64,000 nt of DNA from Setoptus koraiensis (Eukaryota; Animalia; Arthropoda), in contig CM106586.1 in assembly GCA_048013815.1 (NCBI GenBank), positions 16,492,001 through 16,556,000 of the forward strand, given 5' to 3'. Both the position numbers and the translations under genes were made by a program. Within the stretch, counting starts at the first letter, position 1, and every line of letters starts with the position of its first letter. This document shows, one piece after another, positions 35,186 to 46,900 of this stretch. A model generated the notes under the pieces. The model searched no databases, had not been told where the DNA came from, and worked only from the letters and a program-made list of their open reading frames with translations.

Positions 35186-36811
35186 CTATTTCATATATAG
35201 AAGGCCCAATACAACCAATAACAGTAATACATTTATAACGATAGATATACTTTGACCTTGTTTCAATGATTTGCAAGTCAATAACAACTCTTGAATTTTG
35301 TGCTCATCTGATGGCATGGCTGGAATATTTTGTTTGGCATGTAACAAGCTATTTGGCACGGAAGAATTTCTATTCTTGCGTTGACCCTTGACGTGGGACC
35401 TTAATCTCAGAGACATCGCCTTAGTATCTTGACCGGTGGCAGTAGTATTTGATGATTGCCACAAGGATTCAAATTGGTGCAACGATAGCCTCTCATCTCC
35501 TTTGGGGACTGGTCGAGCAATAACAAGAAATTTGTCAGAACTATCATGGTCGGACAGTAGATTTATCTTCAGCGTAACCGATGAGCTTGGTGGCAACAAT
35601 CCTCTAGCTGGATGAACTGAATATGCCGTCTGTCTATTTGATTTAAGTTTGAAGGCCAACCAATAACTTGTGTCAGGATTATAAATAGTGAGATAAGAGT
35701 AATAAACGTTATCCAGGGCGTCACAAGCAAACTCTAAGTACTCATCTGGAAATACCCGTAATAATGCCTTGTCTGCTTGTGTTATATTTTCAGAGATAGT
35801 GCTTGCACCCTTTACATTATTTGTGTTCAGATAGTCACAATCTGGCACAGGTGAATGGTCAGCACTTTGGGATGTGTGATTTGCTATCCGAATGCTGTTG
35901 TTGATTGGAATGTCGCTATTGTTGACATAGTTAACTATTGCCTCTGGCGGATCAATATAACTGCTGTTCTGTAATTGTTCATCGGCCTCTTCGAAAATCT
36001 TTTCAAATTGTTCCAAGACATTCGAGGCAGCCTCTTCAGAGATATCGTGAGATTTGGCATATTGGAGCAAAGTTGGACTATTCTTCGGACACCATCTATA
36101 ATTACGTGGACAGGTGCCACCCATGTAGTCTGGTAAGTTTTTCTCATCTATGAATTCTGTAATCGAATTCTCATCACAGAACCTGATTCTTCTGGCCACA
36201 TATTCTGGGAATGATTTTTTTGTTAGACCCCACATACCGTTCAATAGCCATGGTAATTTGTAGACTATAACATATTGCAACCCTACCGGTGAATATCGTT
36301 TTGTAAAGTTGAGAAGAAATTTTATAAATTGTAAATCCCAGTTAGAATATCCAGCTCCCTCCAAGTCAATCAATATAACGAAACCATTTCCACGAGAGAT
36401 GCGGTCAACTTTTTCGAAAATGTGAACCAAAAATTGTTTCTCAAGCTCTATTAATTCGTTGATTTTTTTCTTTAATCTTAAGCGCATGTAAATGACGGTA
36501 TTGCCCTTCTTGTCATTCTCGTACGGAAACAATACGCCAACTTTATACAATTCTTGCGGAAAAGATGAATCTTCTCTAGAATGCAATCCAAATTCTTGTC
36601 TCCATTCCATGGTTGACTTCAACATGTCTATAGTCTCTTCAACGTGACGCCTCCTGGCCAGGAGATATCTCTTGAGGTACCAATCATCATTAGTTAGACG
36701 TGCTAAGTCTCTCTTGTGCACTTTGTTAGGATTTCTCTCTGAATACTCCAGGAATTTTCTCCTCACTTCCACTAAAGCTGCGGCACTTTTGCTTTCTCGC
36801 TGGGCCGACAT
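35186..36811 (-). CDS. MOSPD2: Motile sperm domain-containing protein 2 (CRAL-TRIO + MSP + C-terminal TM), 541 aa, intronless
   Basis: N-terminal CRAL-TRIO region (DDWYLKRYLLARR, DKKGNTVIYMR, DLEGAGYSN, KLPWLLNGMW, LPDYMGG), an MSP domain (AFKLKSN...YSVHPARG...DKFLV) and a terminal hydrophobic helix. Confidence 0.92.
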   Translation of the reverse strand: MSAQRESKSAAALVEVRRKFLEYSERNPNKVHKRDLARLTNDDWYLKRYLLARRRHVEETIDMLKSTMEWRQEFGLHSREDSSFPQELYKVGVLFPYENDKKGNTVIYMRLRLKKKINELIELEKQFLVHIFEKVDRISRGNGFVILIDLEGAGYSNWDLQFIKFLLNFTKRYSPVGLQYVIVYKLPWLLNGMWGLTKKSFPEYVARRIRFCDENSITEFIDEKNLPDYMGGTCPRNYRWCPKNSPTLLQYAKSHDISEEAASNVLEQFEKIFEEADEQLQNSSYIDPPEAIVNYVNNSDIPINNSIRIANHTSQSADHSPVPDCDYLNTNNVKGASTISENITQADKALLRVFPDEYLEFACDALDNVYYSYLTIYNPDTSYWLAFKLKSNRQTAYSVHPARGLLPPSSSVTLKINLLSDHDSSDKFLVIARPVPKGDERLSLHQFESLWQSSNTTATGQDTKAMSLRLRSHVKGQRKNRNSSVPNSLLHAKQNIPAMPSDEHKIQELLLTCKSLKQGQSISIVINVLLLLVVLGLLYMK

Positions 36812-37384
36812 TTTTCTTATTATATTATTTGTAGTAACAGAATATGCTTCTTTCCGAATAATAATAACATTAATGACGATACAATTTTTCCGTCACAGCT
36901 GTCTCGACCTGTTGCCTTATCTCGATTTAGATCTTCTCCTGTTCAATCGAGAGTGGTTATCAAGTTATGTCACTCGATGGCGTCATATCATCGATCACTG
37001 TTATTTATGAATGGGGAAAGACAAATGTGACTTCTACTAATGATTGATCGACTAGACGAGCTGTATCGTACCATGGATGTCTTATGTCATGTTACATGTT
37101 GACATCCATGTGCCCAGAGCGCAAATGAGTGTTAGTGGAGCATCATGATGACATTTCGAGTCTCGCGTCCCCATCATAACACAACTTGAAATAAATTAGA
37201 CACTAATTATTTGACAACGTTATCGGACGACTAAACGAGCAATCACTATATCCAGGTACTGCTACAAATAGTACATCTTTTAAAGACAAACAATTTACAC
37301 TGCGTATAACACCACCCGTTCGACTGCTGTCAAATAAACTTGGAAAATCCATCTGACGATAATCAGTGAAGAGATTGACATTCT

Positions 37385-37548
37385 CATAGTGTCAAAGTGT
37401 CATGTGATGAGATGGAAATGTCAATTTAGATGTAGTACTGCCACTTGATAACCTAGGCTTTTTTGAGCTAGAGACCAGAGTACGCGGATAGTGAATGACA
37501 AACTGAAACTGCTACTGATCGAGAATTCCAAAATTTATTCGAGACTGA
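37385..37548. repeat. ~160-bp dispersed direct repeat, copy A (partner at 39688-39846)
   Basis: Manual alignment gives about 85% identity (about 21 substitutions, 2 gaps), e.g. gagaattccaaaatttatt is shared. Confidence 0.9.
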
Positions 37549-38563
37549 CAAGGTAAACCTTGTGGTGGCACTCAGAATACGCCCACTGTAGCCTTTTTAA
37601 ACTCTCCTGTGTACCGGAAACACGAATGCGCTAGTCTTGTTCCAAACTTCGGAACAAAAAAAAAAAAAAAATAGAAACCAAATGGTTTCCAACCAACCAA
37701 ACTTCCTGCTGACAAAACAGCGCTAGATCTTCTGCCAGCTCTCAAGAGGATGAAATAGAAGTATAAGTCTGAGCTATGTGAAGGGCCCACGTGAGGCCCC
37801 TTCGAAGACATCTCGGAAAAAGCTACCTAGCGGCAAATGAATCATAAAAGTAGGACTGACTAACGTTGCGTCAGGCATCACCGGAAGCGGAAGTTTCGAG
37901 CTCTCATATGGAAGAGGTGCTTTAATCTAATTCCTGTTGATCAAGCTGGTGTTCAAATGGCCAATGCGTGTTAGGAACTTTACTGTCTAGATCACTGGAT
38001 TTAAGCCGATGGTCAGATGCCCTGGGCTGCATCATCATTCGTTCGAGTAGACTTTTTAGTCTTTCTACCACACAAAATTACGTCTTGGCACTTGCATGCC
38101 AACTAAATTCCCAAAACTAGGTGAGGAGTCATTGGCAAAAGCAGGTGAGCTACTTCTTGCTCGTCTAGACAAGGTATTGTCTAGGCGCCAATACTTGTTC
38201 GTGAATTAGTTGTTCAATCAGCCGTTTATGAAAACAAAGTGAATGAGAGCTTGGGTTTCAAACTTATCATCAATAGTTTCAATATTAAAGGAAAAGGTCA
38301 ATCAAGCGTTTTGTGAATAATGTTTTTCTTTAATCAAAAAACTCTCACCAAAATCTGAGACCAAGCAATCCCAAGCTAGATTGTGACAACATATAACTGA
38401 TGTGACCCCACACCATGTGAGATGAGATACAAGTGGTCATTATTCATTTTATATCACACCGGTATCAGCATAGAACGGCAATAGTTGCATTAAAAGTATA
38501 ATAAGTAACAATGTAACCAATCTGATTTTCCAGTCGGATGTATTAATTCAAATTTGACAACAA

Positions 38564-39133
38564 CTAACTTTTAGTCAGTCCAATGACACCACAAACTAAT
38601 CGACCTCCTGCGTTGCCGGTCTTGAGACCTATTGATACGACAATAAAATTTTGGGGTGCTGTTAATGGCATGTTCTTGGGTAGAAAGAGTTGAAAAAATA
38701 AGTACTAGTGCGAAGAATACTTACTTTCTTCGTCGCCCCCTTTGCCGAGATCGTCAGGTTTCGCATGAACGACCAATGATCTTCCGACAATATTCAATTG
38801 GCTTGCTTGGGCCAACGATATTTGGTCATCAGTTATTTGGATGACAGTTTTTTTGTTGGCATCGGCGGTGACATTTCCCAGGTCACCATTGTGTCTGTTG
38901 GAATCAGTAGGTCCACCATGATGATTGGTTGGTGTCAGATTGAAATGTGGTCCGGCCGAGACACATCCGTTGGTTGTATCGCCGAATTCATGAATATGAA
39001 ATCCATGTTGTCCAGGCTCCAGACCATTGATTTCTCCAGTTACCTTGACCGGCGCTCCTTCTTTATCCTGCTCGAAGTATACTGTTCCCGACACTCCCTC
39101 GTCCCCTTTGAGAACACAAACAGCCTTTACCAT
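38564..39133 (-). CDS. SOD1: Cu/Zn superoxide dismutase; exons 39133-38725 and 38628-38564 (157 aa)
   Basis: All metal ligands and the disulfide Cys are present (HGFHIH, GC, GPHFN, HGG, RHNGD, VVH). A 96-nt GTAAGT...AG phase-1 intron restores the C-terminus [21 protein letters not shown]. Confidence 0.96.
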
Positions 39134-39329
39134 GGTGATTATTATATTGGATTGTGTAATTAGTAATTAATTATATTAGCGTAGGCTTGAAATGGAAGAA
39201 ATCGTTGTTAGCTTGATATTGTTACAGGTAGTGATGTCGATTTGCACCTTATACTTTTAGTACTAATGCGTTAATTAATACAGGTTAGTTGCTACACGTT
39301 AAATGGAAGGATCTAGAACATCTTCAGTC

Positions 39330-39682
39330 CCGTTTAGGAGCGCTGAATTTGAAAAGAAAATGTTCACAAGTTCACGCGTGGATATCAGCATGTCCGTTAG
39401 TGATCTAAAGAACTGGGGAACTTTCATCACCAAAACTCACGTTAACATAAGACACTTCAAAGATTTTTCTGGCGGTCTAAAATGTAAACATTGCAATCTA
39501 GATGATTGTGACATCATCATAATCCTCCAGACTTCCAATGCTTATTCATGATTCACTGAATAGTTTTTCGTCCTCTCTAATATGAATTGTTGCAAGCGCT
39601 TCATTCAGTCTAGCCATGGATACATATCGGTAAGTGGCTTTGTCGATGATTTTTCCATCGAATAGTCCGTTGTCTGCCTCAA
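39330..39682 (-). pseudogene. Second decayed partial TRUB2 copy
   Basis: The reverse complement of 39468-39682 aligns to TRUB2 ~34586-34835 (gacaacggactattcgatgg, atcatcgacaaagccac, aaactattcagtgaatcatg) with a TGT>TGA stop. Similarity fades toward 39330. Confidence 0.85.
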
Positions 39683-39687
39683 AGAGA

Positions 39688-39846
39688 CATAGTGTCAAAA
39701 GGTCATGCGATGAGTGGCAATGACAATCTAAATGTAGTACTACCACTCGGTGACCAAGGCTTTCTTGAGAGACCAGAGTATGCGAATAGTGAATGATAAA
39801 CTGAAACTGTTATTGACCGAGAATTCCAAAATTTATTTGAGACTGA
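39688..39846. repeat. ~160-bp dispersed direct repeat, copy B; carries the likely RPA1 poly(A) signal on the minus strand
   Basis: Aligns to 37385-37548; TTTATT at ~39832-39837 lies about 45 nt past the RPA1 stop. Confidence 0.9.
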
Positions 39847-39880
39847 GTTATTTTCTAGCGCACATACATCAATCTTAACA

Positions 39881-41962
39881 TCATATCATCTGGCTCATTT
39901 GCTTTATATCTTCGACAAGTTTCTTTCCATAAGTTACGAAATCACATGGGCTCATACCCAGGACAGTGTGTCGCAGACGTTCCTCGTTGTTGTATGTATT
40001 CACTCCTGTCTTCAAGGTAAAGATGTATGTTTTAAAATTGGGCGCTGACATGATCTTATCATATTTATCCTGTTCTTTATCTTGTTGCATCAACAGATGA
40101 AGATCCGTCGGTTTTTGACCGAATAAATTCTCTGCCTTTTCATCCCAGAGTGTAATCCACTGCGAACCTGTGGCGTCGCTAATCTGTAAATCAGCTTTGT
40201 ATCTATACTTACAATCTGTGTACGATTGCGAGCACTTAGAGCACAGATAATCACCTGTCTGGCCGTCTTCCAATTTCTTACCACACTTGTCAGCAGGGCA
40301 ACATCTATATATTGGTTTCGGACCAACAGAAAGTATGGTGGCTTTGATTTTGCTATATACAACCTGCTCTGGTTCACCCTTTACCATATTGAGATCTGAG
40401 CAATCCTTCAAAGGTCTCCATTCATTCGATGAAGATTGGCTGTTATTTGTGGTAGTCAAATGTGTGAAGTTACCATCTACGACATTTGCAAACCAAGCCT
40501 TCATTTTACGTGTCTCAGGTAAATCAGGATCAATCCAAATTGCATCGCCGGCGGAGAGAGATCTTCCGCCATATTCGCCAAGACGAGCTGCTTTACTCAC
40601 AAAAACTTGACCAACCTGTCCTGTGAAAGTGTCCGCAGCTTCGCCCCAAAGTGTCACTGAGATATCGTGTCGAGTCATATCAACTATCGTGATGTTCCTC
40701 CTCTTAGTTTCCTTGTTTTTAGTTTTTAACATGACGCTGCCAACTTCTCCGACCGAATCTATTATACCAATGACATCAACAGGTGAGGTGATTGGATGGT
40801 TACTCAATTGACCGATAGAAACAAACTCGTAACGGGTTTGTGGAACTTCTAAATTTGCCCTGGTATCCATACATTCCTCTATCACGCTGTCGGAATTAAG
40901 TGTACACTCATACTCTGCATTGGTAAAACGCTTATTGGCTGTCTTGATCTGTCCACGAGCGACGAAATAAATCTTATTTTGCTCGATGTAGTTGTACCAT
41001 TTGTCGCAATCTTGATTGAAAGCGGAGAATTTTATTTCGCCTGATTTGTCAGTGACTGTGAATGAGAATAAATGTCCCTCTCCCTTAGCGTTGTTCCAAG
41101 TACGTATAGCTGACTTCATGGTGACACGACCTTTGATTACCCATTTACCTCCGATGTAAGGCGTAAGCGATGCGATATCAATGACAGCCTGATCGTTACA
41201 GGCTCTACCCGATGGTGTTGATGGCATCACTGGTCGAATATTTGTTTTTTGAGGTGTGTTGTTGTATTGGTTGGAATTTTGTTGGTTATTATCGTAGGCT
41301 CTGTAAGGCTCGTTTCCAGCACCATTCGACTGGTAACCTACTCCGTTGTTACCATTGCTCGGTGGCTGCTGATATTGATTTTGTTGTTGCTGTCTCTGCA
41401 TATAATCATTAGGATTGGAATTGTTCGCCTGATATTGTTGCCGTTGTTGGGCTGGAGGTTGTGGAAGTTGTTGTTGTTGATGCTGTTGTGGCGGCGGCTG
41501 TTGTTGTTGTTGATGGTGTTGTGGCGGCGGCTGCTGTTGTTGCTGCTGCTGACCTTTATTTTGTACAACGACAGGATTTCCCAGTTTCATTTTGACCTCC
41601 GAGCCTGATTTTAGCACTTGTATGTTGATAGCGTATATGATCTTGTGCGTGAAGCCACGGCCATCTGATGCTTCTTGCATGTTATAATTGGTCAATCTTA
41701 TAATGGTAAATTTCTCAAAATTTCCTGCCTTGATACCCTCAACTAAATCTGCATTGGCAACAATAACTCTTTGGTGAGTTGAGGTGCCATCGGATAACAT
41801 CAATCGGTATTTAATGCCAGTACTTTGTGGCCCGTCCATGTCTCCGGCCCCCATTAGTTTGTATGCCAGCACTTGTAGCACGGGCTCAAAGACAAATTGC
41901 CCATCTAATATTTGTGATATGGCGTTGGGTGTTAAAGTGATGCCGCAACTAGATGTAGCCAT
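39881..41962 (-). CDS. RPA1: Replication protein A 70-kDa subunit, intronless (~693 aa from the ATG at 41962)
   Basis: N-terminal OB fold (YRLMLSDG), Q/P/N-rich linker, DBD-A/B (SLTPY...WVIKGRVTMKSAIRTWNNAKGEGHLFSF; VDVIGII; SVTLWG) and DBD-C with a C4 zinc site (CPADKCGKK...CSKC; LQISDATG). The ORF-track start at 41989 is a non-ATG codon. Confidence 0.95.
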   Translation of the reverse strand: MATSSCGITLTPNAISQILDGQFVFEPVLQVLAYKLMGAGDMDGPQSTGIKYRLMLSDGTSTHQRVIVANADLVEGIKAGNFEKFTIIRLTNYNMQEASDGRGFTHKIIYAINIQVLKSGSEVKMKLGNPVVVQNKGQQQQQQQPPPQHHQQQQQPPPQQHQQQQLPQPPAQQRQQYQANNSNPNDYMQRQQQQNQYQQPPSNGNNGVGYQSNGAGNEPYRAYDNNQQNSNQYNNTPQKTNIRPVMPSTPSGRACNDQAVIDIASLTPYIGGKWVIKGRVTMKSAIRTWNNAKGEGHLFSFTVTDKSGEIKFSAFNQDCDKWYNYIEQNKIYFVARGQIKTANKRFTNAEYECTLNSDSVIEECMDTRANLEVPQTRYEFVSIGQLSNHPITSPVDVIGIIDSVGEVGSVMLKTKNKETKRRNITIVDMTRHDISVTLWGEAADTFTGQVGQVFVSKAARLGEYGGRSLSAGDAIWIDPDLPETRKMKAWFANVVDGNFTHLTTTNNSQSSSNEWRPLKDCSDLNMVKGEPEQVVYSKIKATILSVGPKPIYRCCPADKCGKKLEDGQTGDYLCSKCSQSYTDCKYRYKADLQISDATGSQWITLWDEKAENLFGQKPTDLHLLMQQDKEQDKYDKIMSAPNFKTYIFTLKTGVNTYNNEERLRHTVLGMSPCDFVTYGKKLVEDIKQMSQMI

Positions 41963-42881
41963 GATGGGGTGATGGCTAATTAGACACAATTGAACGAATC
42001 CTGTTGTTGTTATACAATTAATAATTATTGATTGGTGAATTCAGGGACGATGACGAAATTATTATCCGTTTTATATGATATTGTTCGCGGTGCGTGAGTT
42101 GAATACGCCAGCAGAATAGCAATACAGCAGAGAAAGAGTCAGAGGAGAAAGAAGATTCCAGTGTATCCTCGCGCGCCATTCTCGAGCGGCAGGCACATTT
42201 GCACGCACTGCAGCTTCGTTGTTCTCCTGTCTCTGTTTCACTCTGTATTGCACTAGTATTGCGCCACAACAATACAGTGTGACGTTTTTTCAATGACCAT
42301 ACACAGAGTTCAAAAGAAGCCCGCCAGAGGCGCTGGCGACGCTAAAAAATGTGTACCCGAAACCAGACTGTTTCACTAAATATTTTCTCTCTGTGATTGC
42401 TGTTCACACTGCGTAAGTACTATCTCTTGCACGTTTAAGTGCAAGGTCCCATTGCCGATTCGCAATCATGCCGATAACTGCCTTCCATGAGTCGTGATCG
42501 ATTGCTACTCGTTTACACCGCTCATAGAGGGCTCTGCGAGATGCCCAGTCAAATGGGTTACCCTGTGGCTAGCTCAAAACTGTGCGGCACATTTCGCGCC
42601 AATCAACTGTGCCTCGTGTTATCATACGATGACAGAGGAACCACTTTGAAGCCTTCGGTCGGCGCCATACCCCGCTCACAGACATGTACCCAAAATAGAA
42701 ACGCCCCCCCCGGATAAAACGACACAAAGCACGTGGTCTGGTCACTTTTTAACATTATTATTTTTTTACAAGATCTATATTTTTTCATCATTATTACATG
42801 CTTAATTTTCCGAAAATCACATTAAATTATTGTTATTTTCGTTGTTTTTAATTTTGCGCAACATTAGCGGACCGCAGAGAA
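41963..42881. promoter_or_regulatory. Probable bidirectional promoter / 5'UTR region shared by divergent RPA1 and TRMT61A
   Basis: A 0.9-kb gap between head-to-head start codons; inferred from arrangement only. Confidence 0.5.
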
Positions 42882-43907
42882 ATGGACTACATTTTAGACG
42901 TGAAGAACAACACGCATATCAAACAGGGCGACATATGCCTCATCTACATAAGCGACCATTTGCGTTTTCTCCTCAAAATAGACCAGGCCAATCTGCTGAA
43001 TACCAAATTTGGAACTATAAGAGCCTCAGACCTCGTCGGCCATCCTTATGGCAGGAAATTTCAATGTCGCAAGGGGTGGATATTACCGCTACGACTAACA
43101 CCGGAGTTCTGGACCCAGATGCTCCCTCACAGGACACAGATACTGTATCAGACTGACATAAGCATGATATTGCTCCAATTGGATATTAAACCCGGCTCCA
43201 TAGTGGTCGAGTCCGGCACAGGCTCAGGATCTCTGTCGCATTCAATACTGAGAGCTTGTCTGCCAAACGGATTCTTGCACACATTCGATATCAATGAATC
43301 TCGCGTTAAAGACGCCACAGATGAGTTTTCCGATCATGGTTTCAAGGACCATGTTAAGGTGACACATAGAAATATTTGTATTGCCGGTTTCGGTGATGAA
43401 CTCCAATCTAAAGCAGACGCTTGTATCTTGGATCTTCCCCAGACATGGTCGGCAATAGAACACGCACATGCTGTCTTGAAGCCCGGGGGCTCCAGATTGT
43501 GCTCTTTTTCTCCTTGTATAGAGCAAGTTCAGAGGACAGTGCAAAAATTGAATGAATTTAAGTTCCACGATATTACAACTCTCGAAGTATTACTGAGACC
43601 GTTAGATGTTAAATGCCAAACTCTCAAAATGTGGTCGAATGATATTATAGAGGAACCAGAAAAATATTTGGAGTCGTCGGAAAGTGAGAGTCACACAAGC
43701 AAAAAGGTCAAGACCGACAACCAAGACACGGATATGTCTAGTCATAGTCAAGAAGATGAAGCTAAAGTGAGTTTTAAAAGAGAGACTCAACACTATAAAT
43801 TCCCCGACACCCACATGCTTCCAGTCAAGCATCACCTGGCAGCCAAACAATCCATGGCCATTGTTAGTCATTCAGGATATCTCACATTCGCTACAAAATG
43901 GTTGTAG
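42882..43907 (+). CDS. TRMT61A: tRNA (adenine-58-N1)-methyltransferase catalytic subunit, 341 aa, intronless
   Basis: Motifs TKFG, LPHRTQILY, ESGTGSGSLS, ILDLP, CSFSPCIEQVQ and HSGYLTFA; AATAAA at 43919. Confidence 0.95.
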   Translation: MDYILDVKNNTHIKQGDICLIYISDHLRFLLKIDQANLLNTKFGTIRASDLVGHPYGRKFQCRKGWILPLRLTPEFWTQMLPHRTQILYQTDISMILLQLDIKPGSIVVESGTGSGSLSHSILRACLPNGFLHTFDINESRVKDATDEFSDHGFKDHVKVTHRNICIAGFGDELQSKADACILDLPQTWSAIEHAHAVLKPGGSRLCSFSPCIEQVQRTVQKLNEFKFHDITTLEVLLRPLDVKCQTLKMWSNDIIEEPEKYLESSESESHTSKKVKTDNQDTDMSSHSQEDEAKVSFKRETQHYKFPDTHMLPVKHHLAAKQSMAIVSHSGYLTFATKWL

Positions 43908-46900
43908 CAATACCATAGAATAAAATGAAAAGTTGAATTCATCAAATCCTATTTAGAGAACATGATGGCCCCAAGCTAAACCTGTCTTTTTCGAGCAGCA
44001 ATATTCACATTCCCCATAAACTAATTATGATGATTCGGAATATCATTGTAACGGTGTGTATAATGATTTTATACCAATTCCATTCACCGAACATAGTGGT
44101 CGTCGTGCATCAGTTCACCAAAAAAAGTTTGGATATCATTTTTGCGAGGTCATTGGCTCATTGGCGATACATTCATGTAAAGAGATGCGAATGTTTTTTG
44201 TTCATTTAAACAATTAATTGTCCATCTAAGACTTATACTTTCGTTAATTCTACGAATGAACTTGGCTGGAGTCTAATTGCCGATGCCTATCGCCTATAGT
44301 GGCCGCTTACAATATCAGCTGTAGCCATTTTTCATTATAATTATAGCAGGTAGTAGTCAGAATTGATAGTGGTGGCATGAGTATGAGTATGAGCATGAGT
44401 TAGTCAGCCAGCATCATCATGATATGATGATTTGTTCTTGTTTTGTCTAGGAAGTGGCAATAATTACATATTGTAACTTTTTGCCTTATTCTGATCATCA
44501 CCATTACCACCATTATGATGACCACCGTCATCAACAGCATCATTTAAGTGATTCCATGAAAGTCACAGTTAAGAGATTATAATTATCTTGTTGTTAAGGT
44601 CCTACCGACCAAAACGGTTTGTCCGTTCGTCAGTTTGGTTTATTCGCCATCAATTTGTTGGTTTGTTATTGCCATCTTTCTGGTTGATGTTGGTGATGGC
44701 AATTGGGATAATAGAAAGAACTAACTAAATTATCACACCAACTCACTCACACAAGCTCACCGGCCTATCGAACGAAGCCCAACCACAACTACTAAATCTC
44801 TCTCCCCGATAGGCGGTTCTTCTTGAAAATAATCTGGTTCTTGTGGAATACATTTCTGGCGTAGAGGATCAGGCGACGACCAAAACTGATCGGTATAACT
44901 GATAATTGAGAATATGTTTTTTCTTTTGTACAGGATTGAGTATTATTATCAATAATATAATATCCAATTCTTTATTTGTGTTCTCGCCCATTATCTGAAC
45001 ATGGTGATGTGCAGTGTATATATGATTATTGTTATAAATGATGCCGATTATGTGGGTATACGCCAAAAGCACGCCCACAAATCAATTGGGCACCAGGTGC
45101 CGCCTACCCACCTAACTGAGTCACTTATCATCATCATCACCGGGCTTTCAAGAGATGGACAAAGCAGCGATTTAATTTGGTCAGTCAAGTGGTCATTTAT
45201 TCACCTGGGCCTGGCCCCAAAACAGGTGAGTGAACCGATGATCAGTGGTCAGCGGTCAGCGGTGATTGGCGATCACAAGGGCGCGTCATGATACCTATAC
45301 AACAGGTGAGTAAGAGCTATCTCTATATAGCTGCACCCTTTATCATTTGCTGTTGATACCTTTCTCTGGCACCAATCCAACCCAATAGCGATCGGCGATT
45401 CTGAATACTGTCCGGTAGGCGGTGAAAATGGGGTCATTGAACGCACACTGGTAACCCTAGCCTCGGCGGTGGCTTTATTTTTCACAGGTCCGTTATACCG
45501 TTTTACCGGTAACTAACCGCGCCATCACCTAACCTTGAGTCATTTTGTGCTCTTGACCGCACCACTGACCTGGTCCCGTTTGAAGTTGGCCCGTCAATGG
45601 GCACGGCCGTGGCAGTTCATTAGCGTCTAATTGTTGCCTTGGAGTTGGGGAATAATCATCGTCGTGGGGCTACTTTGTCAAACGGTGGTTGCAGTTCGTT
45701 TGAGGAGCCCGTGGCTGCCCCCGTAGCCGCACACAGAAGGATGTGGACGACAGTGAGAAAGGGCCACAAAGAGAGTTTGTGCTCCAGAAACAAGTAGCGA
45801 GTCGAATAGAGGAAGTGGCTGATTTCGGCCGAGAAGTGGCCCCGAATGCGATCGTTCCAGCGGTCGAGTTGGTCATTAAAATTGAAAAGATGACATTAAT
45901 GGCAGTGAAATAAAACTTTTTTACTCAAATTCTTCAGCGGCCCCAATCCCTATAGCATGTGTGTCGCTATTTGTTGGCCGACGGTGCCAGAGCCGGCATT
46001 CATTATTGTTAACCTTTCTCATTTTCTGACAACAATGTCACCTATGTGACCCTCACCACTGGTCACTTGCTGCTCACTTCTGGATTCGGTCTGATGGGTG
46101 CCAGTGTCCAAATACAATAAATCATCGCGCCATTGTAATAACTAGCGGATAATAACTTATTTTAGATCAGATCAGATCAGAACGGCTCGGCTCAGCTTGG
46201 ACGAGACGTTGCCTTTGGGCCGGCGCTCACGAGATCGGGTATCGGCCGGAGCACATGAGCAATACTCGTATTGAGCCGCAGCATGCGTTTGGCCTCTGCC
46301 GATCGGGCTAATATCAATATTTATTCAACTATTTAATGGCGATTCACTTGAATTAATGGCTCATCATTAGGTAGTTGTTTACCTGTGACGGTGCTATATG
46401 GCTCAGCCAATCGGATTAAGTTTTGCCGCTACACATTGGGGCTCATCGTTTTTAGTGTGTGTGTGTGTGTTTAAATTGTGGATAAAGGAGACAAAATGAT
46501 GGCATGATAGAGACATCAGTGGATGAGGAGACAGAGAGGAGTCAGTGGTCAACAACAAATGGTTGGTCGGAGTTACTCTAGTGACTAGAGTCCAGTGATT
46601 GTGTTTGTGTGGAATGACTTGAAAAGTCATGCTACAAATAGTTTGCCACTCTAGTTGTTCATTGTTTGCTCATCATAATGCGGTGACCAATTGTAAACTT
46701 TGGTGCTATATCCATTCTATTGTACTTAGCTGTTTATTACTGCGATGATCCAGTGATCATTGAGCTGGCATGCCTTTGTGGGACGACATTCTTTTGCACC
46801 AACATCCACACCAGACAACCCACCAATTTAACCTTGTTGGTTGGCCGGTTTACTGGTCACTACTAAGCGGCCGCCAGTGCCCCCATTGCCGGTTAATCCC

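Noticed and set aside
37637-37671. 7-bp hairpin followed by an A16 run as a retroelement 3' end
   Set aside because: No target-site duplication, RT-like ORF or second copy was seen.
38074-38208. Short open frame (KFPKLGEESLAKAGELLLARLDKVLSRRQYLF) loosely resembling a GST C-terminal helix
   Set aside because: It is too short, flanked by stops and has no supporting N-terminal motif; a tBLASTn/HMM hit would be needed.
42300-42760. Possible structured ncRNA between RPA1 and TRMT61A
   Set aside because: No hallmark of tRNA, snRNA, SRP, RNase P/MRP or telomerase template was recognised; treated as promoter/UTR.
44228-44250. AAGACTTATACTTTC resembling the 5' end of U3 snoRNA
   Set aside because: Box A (GGATCA) and the downstream B/C/D boxes are absent.
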